Assembly: GCF_000017845.1 (NCBI RefSeq)
Contig: NC_010546.1
Span: forward strand, 4,140,001-4,172,000
Origin: Crocosphaera subtropica ATCC 51142
GTDB taxonomy: Bacteria; Cyanobacteriota; Cyanobacteriia; Cyanobacteriales; Microcystaceae
DNA length: 32,000 bases
Reading direction: 5' to 3'
Under the pieces are notes generated by a model. That model saw only the letters and a program-made list of their open reading frames with translations, was not told where the DNA came from and did no database searches. Below are positions 20,810 through 28,422 of this stretch, in pieces. Both the position numbers and the translations under genes were made by a program. Every line of letters begins with the position of its first letter. The stretch's first letter is position 1.

Positions 20810-20966
20810 GGCAATAATTAAATTCGGTAAAAAGCCAAGAGTAAGAAGGAGGTTTGCTAAGATATGTAAGGGAAAGTTGATCGTGACCCTTCTTTTATGA
20901 TAAAGAAACGTCCGACCATCATGGTAATTGATCTTTTCCTAATTATACTATTTGAGGCATCAGATT

Positions 20967-21197
20967 GTGTCAAAACAAGATTTAATTGAAATGGAAGGAA
21001 CCGTAACCGAGTCTCTTCCCAACGCTATGTTCCGAGTGGATCTCGACAACGGGTTTAATGTTTTAGCCCATATTTCCGGTAAAATCCGCCGTAACTACAT
21101 TAAAATTCTGCCAGGTGATCGGGTTAAAGTAGAATTAACCCCCTATGATCTCACCAAAGGGAGAATTACTTATCGGCTAAAAGGTAGTAAAAAGTAA
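20967..21197 (+). CDS. infA: Translation initiation factor IF-1
   Basis: The likely start is GTG 20967, giving (M)[52 protein letters not shown]. The ORF-track start at 20952 is a TTG five codons upstream. Confidence 0.93.
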   Translation: MSKQDLIEMEGTVTESLPNAMFRVDLDNGFNVLAHISGKIRRNYIKILPGDRVKVELTPYDLTKGRITYRLKGSKK

Positions 21198-21251
21198 GGG
21201 GTTAGGGGGATGAAAATCCCCTCGTTAAACTCTCTTAAATTACTATTATAG

Positions 21252-21281
21252 CTGACACAAACAAGCAAATTTTGCTATAAT
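21252..21281 (+). promoter_or_regulatory. Candidate sigma70-type promoter for rpmJ-rpsM-rpsK-rpoA-rplQ
   Basis: -35 CTGACA (21252-21257), an 18-nt spacer, then an extended -10 TGcTATAAT (21273-21281). It lies 33 nt upstream of the rpmJ ATG. Confidence 0.45.
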
Positions 21282-21313
21282 AATAAGCTTGCAGTCCTGC
21301 TGTAGAAAAATCC

Positions 21314-21428
21314 ATGAAAGTCAGACCATCAGTCAAAAAAAATGTGTGAAAAATGTCGCGTTATACGGCGACGGGGAAAAGTCATGGTACTGTGTACTAA
21401 CCCGAAACATAAGCAACGTCAGGGTTAG
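21314..21428 (+). pseudogene. rpmJ: 50S ribosomal protein L36 (bL36), frame interrupted by one extra A in an A8 run as the sequence stands
   Basis: ATG 21314 reads MKVRPSVKK and then NV-stop (TGA 21347-21349). The +1 frame from 21342 reads [28 protein letters not shown]-stop at 21428. Together these make a complete 37-aa L36 with its CxxC...C....H zinc motif if the run 21335-21342 were A7 rather than A8. Confidence 0.85.
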
Positions 21429-21495
21429 GATGGCATTTCCTAAAACACCATAGAAACATTAGGCAAACAAGAACACGCTAAGAGGGAAAACAAAA

Positions 21496-21879
21496 GTGGC
21501 AAGGATATCTGGTGTTGACCTGCCAAGAGATAAGCGAGTCGAAATTGGCTTAACTTATCTGTACGGTATTGGTTTATCACGATCTCAAGAAATTTTAGCA
21601 GAAACGGGTGTCAACCCTGACACCCGCGTCCGGGATTTAAGTGACGAAGACGTAGCTAAATTACGGGCTTACATCGAAAATAACTATCAAATCGAAGGGG
21701 ATTTGAGACGATGGGAAGCGATGAATATCAAGCGATTGGCTGATATTGGAACCTATCGAGGCCGTCGTCATCGTCAAGGACTTCCCGTCAGGGGACAACG
21801 GACCAGAACCAATGGTCGTACCCGTCGAGGTAGACGAGTAACCGTAGCTGGGAAGAAAAAAGCTCCAGCTAAGAAATAA
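21496..21879 (+). CDS. rpsM: 30S ribosomal protein S13 (uS13)
   Basis: GTG start. [26 protein letters not shown]. Confidence 0.97.
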   Translation: MARISGVDLPRDKRVEIGLTYLYGIGLSRSQEILAETGVNPDTRVRDLSDEDVAKLRAYIENNYQIEGDLRRWEAMNIKRLADIGTYRGRRHRQGLPVRGQRTRTNGRTRRGRRVTVAGKKKAPAKK

Positions 21880-21986
21880 TCAGCATTCATTGGCAATTAC
21901 GTTAGAGAAAAATTTCAGCGAAAGATTATGGCGCGACCAACGAAAAAGGCGGACCCAAAAAACAGAAGAAAAACGTTCCTAACGGT

Positions 21987-22319
21987 GTGGCTCATATTCA
22001 GTCCACCTTCAACAATACCATTGTCACCATTTCTGATACGAAAGGAGATGTGATTTCTTGGTCTTCGGCCGGGGCGAGTGGCTTTAAAGGAGCCAAAAAA
22101 GGGACTCCTTTTGCTGCTCAGACAGCTGCTGACTCAGCAGCCCGTAGAGCTATCGACCAAGGAATGCGACAAATAGAAGTTATGGTGAGCGGACCAGGTG
22201 CCGGTCGAGAAACAGCCATCCGCGCACTACAAGGGGCAGGATTAGAGATTACCCTAATTCGAGATGTTACCCCTATTCCTCATAACGGCTGTCGTCCTCC
22301 AAAACGACGTCGAGTTTAG
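21987..22319 (+). CDS. rpsK: 30S ribosomal protein S11 (uS11); the conserved N-terminal 20 codons lie upstream in another frame
   Basis: The body reads (V)[16 protein letters not shown]...[10 protein letters not shown]. The expected N-terminus MARPTKK is encoded from ATG 21928, but it is 59 nt (not 60) upstream of 21987, so it is out of frame. The body frame reads [13 protein letters not shown] back to 21948 with no ATG. A one-base deficit in the A5 run 21943-21947 would explain this. Confidence 0.9.
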   Translation: MAHIQSTFNNTIVTISDTKGDVISWSSAGASGFKGAKKGTPFAAQTAADSAARRAIDQGMRQIEVMVSGPGAGRETAIRALQGAGLEITLIRDVTPIPHNGCRPPKRRRV

Positions 22320-22423
22320 CCAGCGTTACCCATCTTCATCACACTATGAATATTTGGCGTTAGGAGACAGACACAGTCATTTGTGTCTGGGAGGCATTTG
22401 ACAATGAAGGGAGGTCACTAAAC

Positions 22424-23368
22424 GTGGCGCAATTTCAGATTGAGTGTATAGAATCTAAGACTCAAAAAAATCAGAGTCAATATAGTAAATTTGTTCTAGA
22501 GCCATTGGAACGGGGTCAAGGGACAACTGTTGGCAATGCCCTCAGACGGGTATTATTAGCCAACTTAGAAGGGACAGCGGTAACCGCCATTCGTATTGGC
22601 GGGGTAAATCATGAATTTGCTACCATTCCTGGGGTTAGAGAGGATGTCTTGGAAATCATGTTAAACATGAAAGAGATCGTTCTCAAAAGTTATACCGATC
22701 AGCCCCAGATTGGTCGCTTGGTGGCGACAGGGGCTGCCCATGTCACTGCTGGCCAGTTTGATTTACCCTCAGAAGTAGAAGTGATTAACCCGACTCAACC
22801 CATTGCTACCTTGACAGAAGGGGCAAAATTAGAGATGGAATTTCGCATCGAAAAAGGGGTGGGCTATGTCCCGGTAGAAAGGTCTAGCGATGAACCAACA
22901 GCCCTTGACTTCCTACAGATCGACGCTGTATTTATGCCAGTGACCAAGGTTAACTACAGTGTAGAAAGTATCCGTGGAGAAGAAGGGGAAGCTAAAGACC
23001 GTCTGATGTTAGAAATTTGGACTAATGGGAGCTTTAACCCCAAAGAAGCCCTATCCAGAGCAGCAGATATCTTAGTGGACTTATTCAATCCCCTTAAAGA
23101 CCTCAATCAACTCGAAACTGCTGTTCCGGAATACCCAGACGAAGAAAATCCTCAAAGTCAGATTCCCATCGAAGAATTACAGTTGTCCGTACGGGCTTAC
23201 AATTGCTTAAAACGGGCGCAAATTAACACGGTGGCTGATTTGTTAGATTATAGTCAAGAGGATCTCTTAGAAATTAAAAACTTTGGGCAAAAATCGGCAG
23301 AAGAAGTGATTGAAGCCTTACAAAAGCGTTTGGGGATTACCTTACCCCAAGAAAAGGCAAAAGCTTGA
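22424..23368 (+). CDS. rpoA: DNA-directed RNA polymerase alpha subunit
   Basis: GTG start preceded by GAAGGGAGG. Contains LEPLERGQGTTVGNALRRVLL and a C-terminal domain with LSVRAYNCLKRAQINTVADL. Confidence 0.97.
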   Translation: MAQFQIECIESKTQKNQSQYSKFVLEPLERGQGTTVGNALRRVLLANLEGTAVTAIRIGGVNHEFATIPGVREDVLEIMLNMKEIVLKSYTDQPQIGRLVATGAAHVTAGQFDLPSEVEVINPTQPIATLTEGAKLEMEFRIEKGVGYVPVERSSDEPTALDFLQIDAVFMPVTKVNYSVESIRGEEGEAKDRLMLEIWTNGSFNPKEALSRAADILVDLFNPLKDLNQLETAVPEYPDEENPQSQIPIEELQLSVRAYNCLKRAQINTVADLLDYSQEDLLEIKNFGQKSAEEVIEALQKRLGITLPQEKAKA

Positions 23369-23453
23369 TGTTTGATCAATCATGCCGTTTGTTGATGGGG
23401 TGATTGATCATCATAACTGTACTGTTCTATTAGTTTAGGGAGGAAAAACAACT

Positions 23454-23804
23454 ATGCGTCATCGGTGTCGTGTCCCTCAGTTGGGAAAAGCAGCCGACCA
23501 ACGAAAAGCTCTATTGCGATCGCTGACAACGGAGTTAATTCGTCATGGTCAAATCAAAACCACAAAAACCCGTGCTAAAGCAGTACGTTCGGAAGTCGAA
23601 CGCATGATCACCTTAGCGAAGGATGGCTCATTATCCGCTAGACGTAGAGCCATCGGTTATCTCTATGATAAACAGTTGGTTCATGCCTTGTTTGCTGAAG
23701 CCCCAGAACGCTACAGTAATCGCAAAGGAGGATACACCCGTATTGTGAGAACCCTGCGCCGTCGGGGAGATAATGCGGAAATGGCTATTATTGAGTTAAT
23801 GTAA
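23454..23804 (+). CDS. rplQ: 50S ribosomal protein L17 (bL17)
   Basis: Contains [24 protein letters not shown] and GGYTRI. Confidence 0.96.
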   Translation: MRHRCRVPQLGKAADQRKALLRSLTTELIRHGQIKTTKTRAKAVRSEVERMITLAKDGSLSARRRAIGYLYDKQLVHALFAEAPERYSNRKGGYTRIVRTLRRRGDNAEMAIIELM

Positions 23805-23959
23805 CCTGAGTTAGGAGGTCGGAGTTAGGTGTGATAATAGATTCAACCTCTAAAATAAAATTTTGAGACTTGCTGGTCATTATCGATTATCTATCAACTC
23901 TCTCAGTCCAAACTTAAGTTCAGATGAGGTCTTTTTAGACACGGTAGTTAAGTTGGTTT

Positions 23960-24820
23960 ATGGACAAATTAAAGCAACAACCCAACCGAAAAAGAGTCGC
24001 TCTGGTCATTCAATATCAGGGCGGTCGGTTTCATGGTTGGCAAAGACAACCTACCCAGCGTACCGTTCAAGAAGATATTGAAACCAGCATTGCTCAAGTC
24101 TTAGGCTACCATGTTCCCATTCATGGGGCAGGCCGAACCGATGCAGGAGTCCACGCTGCAGCACAAGTGGCTCATTTTGACGATGTTAGCCCAATTCCTC
24201 CCCAACGGTGGGCAGATATTTTAAACCAACGACTGCCCGATGATATCTTAGTTCGAGGGTCAGCAGAAGTTCCGTTAACTTGGCACGCTCGATTTTCAGC
24301 ATTGTGGCGACGTTACCGTTATACCTTTTACACCGACAAATGCCCAAATTTGTTTGTTAGTCCGTTTAGTTGGCACTACTATTATGAGCCTTTAGAAGTG
24401 GAATTAATGACAAAAGCATTGAATCCCCTATTAGGAAGGCATCATTTAGCAGCCTTTCGTCGTGCCGGTTCTAAGCGTCATCATTCTTGGGTAGAAGTCC
24501 AAGAGACTCAATGTTATCGTCAAGGACCATTTATTCATTTAGAAATCCAAGCCAACGGATTTTTATACGGAATGGTGCGGTTATTGGTGGGACTATTAGT
24601 GGAAGTAGGAAGCGGTAAGCGATCGCTGGCCAACTTTACTGAAATTTGGCAACACCAACAGCGTGAACAAGTTAAATATTCTGCCCCTGCAAAGGGTTTA
24701 TGTTTATTAAGAGTGGGTTATCCTGATTTTCCCTTACCTTCTTCTATTTGGTTTGATACTCAACCGCTGTTTGTCTTTCAAGTTAACCAGGAAAGAGAAG
24801 CAGGAAAAATGGTGACTTAA
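23960..24820 (+). CDS. truA: tRNA pseudouridine(38-40) synthase TruA
   Basis: Contains VALVIQYQGGRFHGWQRQ, GAGRTDAGVHA (catalytic Asp motif) and RRYRY. Confidence 0.93.
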   Translation: MDKLKQQPNRKRVALVIQYQGGRFHGWQRQPTQRTVQEDIETSIAQVLGYHVPIHGAGRTDAGVHAAAQVAHFDDVSPIPPQRWADILNQRLPDDILVRGSAEVPLTWHARFSALWRRYRYTFYTDKCPNLFVSPFSWHYYYEPLEVELMTKALNPLLGRHHLAAFRRAGSKRHHSWVEVQETQCYRQGPFIHLEIQANGFLYGMVRLLVGLLVEVGSGKRSLANFTEIWQHQQREQVKYSAPAKGLCLLRVGYPDFPLPSSIWFDTQPLFVFQVNQEREAGKMVT

Positions 24821-24885
24821 GCTCTGATATCCTTTTTCTTTGATTAAAACAACAACCTAGTTAATCTTTTATTCCTTAGCTATCC

Positions 24886-25341
24886 ATGACTAAAACAATT
24901 ACACCATCATCACAAGGACTTGACCAGAAATGGTATGTCATAGACGCAACAGATCAGCGTTTAGGACGACTGGCTTGTGAAGTCGCTAAAATTCTAAGAG
25001 GCAAAAATAAGCCCACCTATACCCCTCATATGGATACAGGGGATTTTGTCATCATTATCAATGCTGACAAAGTGGCAGTTACAGGCCGCAAAAGCACTCA
25101 AAAGTTATATCGTCGTCACTCCGGAAGACCAGGAGGGATGAAAATAGAAACGTTTGAGAAGCTACAACAACGAATTCCTGAGAGAATTATTGAAAAAGCT
25201 GTGAAGGGGATGTTGCCTAAAAATGCTCTGGGCCGTCAACTGTTTACTAAATTAAAAGTATATCCAGGGCCAAATCATCCTCATCAAGCTCAAAAACCTG
25301 AAGAATTAACCTTAAATACTATTCCCAACGGAGATAAATAA
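24886..25341 (+). CDS. rplM: 50S ribosomal protein L13 (uL13)
   Basis: Contains [35 protein letters not shown] and [10 protein letters not shown]. Confidence 0.97.
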   Translation: MTKTITPSSQGLDQKWYVIDATDQRLGRLACEVAKILRGKNKPTYTPHMDTGDFVIIINADKVAVTGRKSTQKLYRRHSGRPGGMKIETFEKLQQRIPERIIEKAVKGMLPKNALGRQLFTKLKVYPGPNHPHQAQKPEELTLNTIPNGDK

Positions 25342-25754
25342 TGCAAGCAACCGAAAATAAAGAAAAAGTCGTTTACTGGGGGACTGGTCGCCGCAAATCG
25401 GCGGTCGCTAGAGTTCGTCTTGTTCCTGGTAGTGGCGAAATTATCGTTAATAAAAAACCAGGCAATATCTATTTCAATCGTATTCCTGATTACCTTCAAG
25501 CGATTAAAGGACCTCTAGAAACGTTAGGATTAGAAAATGATTATGATATCCTGGTCAATGCTCACGGTGGCGGTTTAACGGGTCAAGCAGATGCCGTAAA
25601 ATTAGGAGTAGCTAGAGCGTTATGTGAATTAGCCCCTGAAAACCGTCCTCCCCTCAAAGCAGAGGGCTATTTAACCCGTGACCCTCGGGCTAAAGAACGG
25701 AAGAAATACGGATTACACAAGGCGCGTAAAGCTCCTCAATACTCAAAACGATAA
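25341..25754 (+). CDS. rpsI: 30S ribosomal protein S9 (uS9)
   Basis: The start overlaps the rplM stop (TAATG). Contains [24 protein letters not shown], and [25 protein letters not shown] at the C-terminus. Confidence 0.97.
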   Translation: MQATENKEKVVYWGTGRRKSAVARVRLVPGSGEIIVNKKPGNIYFNRIPDYLQAIKGPLETLGLENDYDILVNAHGGGLTGQADAVKLGVARALCELAPENRPPLKAEGYLTRDPRAKERKKYGLHKARKAPQYSKR

Positions 25755-25791
25755 ATCAATTATCCACTTATTTAGTAAGGAGATAAATAGT

Positions 25792-26106
25792 ATGGCAAAA
25801 CCTGATATTCATCCAACTTGGTATCCAGAAGCCAAGGTTATCTGTAACGGGGAAGTAGTGATGACCGTGGGATCGACGCAACCCGAAATTAATGTTGAAG
25901 TGTGGTCTGGTAATCATCCTTTCTATACGGGAACGCAGAAGATTATTGACACAGAGGGACGGGTAGATCGTTTCCAGAAACGTTACGCTATGATTGGCAA
26001 AAAAAAACCAGAAAAAAGCACCCAAGGCAGATGCTTCGGAAAAATAGCGGACAAAACGGCGTTATTGACCCAGCAGAGTTTCTGCTGGGTTGTTGTTTAT
26101 TTTTAG
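25792..26106 (+). CDS. rpmE: 50S ribosomal protein L31 (bL31, non-zinc type); C-terminal tail suspect
   Basis: AAGGAG SD, then ATG 25792: [65 protein letters not shown]. The ORF-track start at 25678 lies inside rpsI. As read, the last ~35 codons run through a terminator hairpin and its T-tract. The frame reached by skipping one base ends at TAG 26045-26047. Confidence 0.9.
   Translation: MAKPDIHPTWYPEAKVICNGEVVMTVGSTQPEINVEVWSGNHPFYTGTQKIIDTEGRVDRFQKRYAMIGKKKPEKSTQGRCFGKIADKTALLTQQSFCWVVVYF
26068..26104 (+). terminator. Rho-independent terminator after rpmE
   Basis: ACCCAGCAG (26068-26076), loop AGTTT, then CTGCTGGGT (26082-26090). This is a 9-bp perfect GC-rich stem followed by TGTTGTTTATTTT. 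Confidence 0.75.
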
Positions 26107-26180
26107 TGAGCAGTGAACAGTAAGCGATAATTAATAACTGATAGCCGAGAACTGGTAACTGATAATTAAGCTACTGTTAG

Positions 26181-27317
<1,137 letters not shown>

Positions 27318-27363
27318 AACAGTTATCAGTGATCAAGTTTTTAGTTATTAAGGGGGATCAGGG

Positions 27364-27726
27364 ATGACCATGATTCAATGTCTTCATACTGCTATTGTGG
27401 TGTCTGATTTAGAAAAAGCAGAACAATTTTATGGCAATATTTTAGGCTTAAAAAAGGTCGATCGCCCTCTGAAATATCCTGGAGTTTGGTATCAAGTTGG
27501 GGATTATCAAATTCATTTAATGGTACACCCTGGCTTTAATTGTACCTTATCTAATCAGGAAAAATGGGGAAGAAATCCTCATTTTTCCCTGGGGACTGAT
27601 AACCTCAGTGATATTATCGCTCGTCTACAGAGTCATGGTCATCCTGTACAAATGAGTCAGTCAGGTAGAGCAGCTTGTTTTACAAGAGATTTTGATGGTA
27701 ATGTAATAGAAATTAGTCAATTCTAA
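27364..27726 (+). CDS. VOC-family (glyoxalase/bleomycin-resistance/dioxygenase fold) protein
   Basis: 120 aa. LHTAIVVSDLEKAEQFYGNILGL is the typical first beta-alpha-beta-beta-beta module. It also contains HLMVH, PHFSL and DGNVIEI. Confidence 0.8.
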   Translation: MTMIQCLHTAIVVSDLEKAEQFYGNILGLKKVDRPLKYPGVWYQVGDYQIHLMVHPGFNCTLSNQEKWGRNPHFSLGTDNLSDIIARLQSHGHPVQMSQSGRAACFTRDFDGNVIEISQF

Positions 27727-27882
27727 GAGGAAATGTCCTATGAAATCTCTCTGAATACTATACTTTATAGTAAGGTAAGCAGGGGGAGAATGGGTTTGCC
27801 GTCATGATTTGAATGATGAATCATTAAGCGGATTTCATATAAGGTTGACTGTATTGGTTCAATATGAATAGTCATCAAATAA

Positions 27883-28188
27883 TCAAAAACTCCCTGAAAT
27901 AATAAATTTTCCACCTGCTACTAAAAAACTTACAACGACAGTAATCAAAATCCCAATTAATGTCCAAATTAATGCCCACACTAATGTCCAAATTTGATCT
28001 TGTTGTGAGGTTTTAATCTCTTTTATGTCTTCTTGGAGAGCATTAATTTCTACTGTTAGGACTTCTCTTTGTCCTTTGGCTTCTGTTAGTTCAATTTTGT
28101 TGTCTCTAAGTTCTTTTTGTAAACTATCTAATTTTTTGTTAATCTCTGTGAGAATTTCTGTTAAATTTTGTTCACTGGTCTTTGACAT
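27883..28188 (-). CDS. Tail-anchored coiled-coil membrane protein, function unknown
   Basis: 101 aa. The N-terminal ~60 aa are heptad-like and charged (LTEINKKLDSLQKELRDNKIELTEAKGQREVLTVEINALQEDIKEIK). A Trp-rich transmembrane helix follows (IWTLVWALIWTLIGILITVVVSFLVAG). It is transcribed divergently from the ACAD-like gene. Confidence 0.55.
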   Translation of the reverse strand: MSKTSEQNLTEILTEINKKLDSLQKELRDNKIELTEAKGQREVLTVEINALQEDIKEIKTSQQDQIWTLVWALIWTLIGILITVVVSFLVAGGKFIISGSF

Positions 28189-28422
28189 CTTTATTTATTC
28201 TTTTTCTAATCTTTGAGAGATTATTTGCCAGCAGCTTCTTGATTTTGTCAAGTTTATTTTATAAATCTTATTAACTATTACCCAAAAAATATCAAGAACT
28301 TATTACTCATAAAGCTTGCTTACTTTACATAAACCCGTTAGAATAGCGATTAATTTTTGTGAAGGTTATAATATACCCTGCAAAGGAATAGCCTAAAGCA
28401 AAGCTACCTAAGGAGGAACGTC

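Noticed and set aside
20847-20869. AGGAGG followed 11 nt later by ATG-TAA (a minimal start-stop ORF) between adk and infA
   Set aside because: The SD-to-ATG spacing is longer than optimal, and an ATGTAA hexamer is not unlikely by chance in AT-rich DNA. A regulatory start-stop element cannot be distinguished from coincidence without ribosome profiling.
20897-20995. 32-codon ORF ([30 protein letters not shown]) overlapping the infA start in another frame
   Set aside because: It has no SD and overlaps the conserved infA N-terminus. It is most likely chance.
23805-23835. Direct 8-nt repeat GAGTTAGG x2 just after the rplQ stop
   Set aside because: It is very short, forms no hairpin, and has no further copies in the window. 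It is probably chance.
23863-24081. 72-aa ORF overlapping the truA start
   Set aside because: It uses a TTG start, is in a different frame from truA, and has no motif. The truA N-terminus (VALVIQYQGGRFHGWQRQ) accounts for the region.
28025-28216. 63-aa plus-strand ORF overlapping the coiled-coil gene
   Set aside because: The minus-strand frame gives a coherent coiled coil plus transmembrane architecture and is longer. The plus-strand product is Ser/Leu-rich low complexity.
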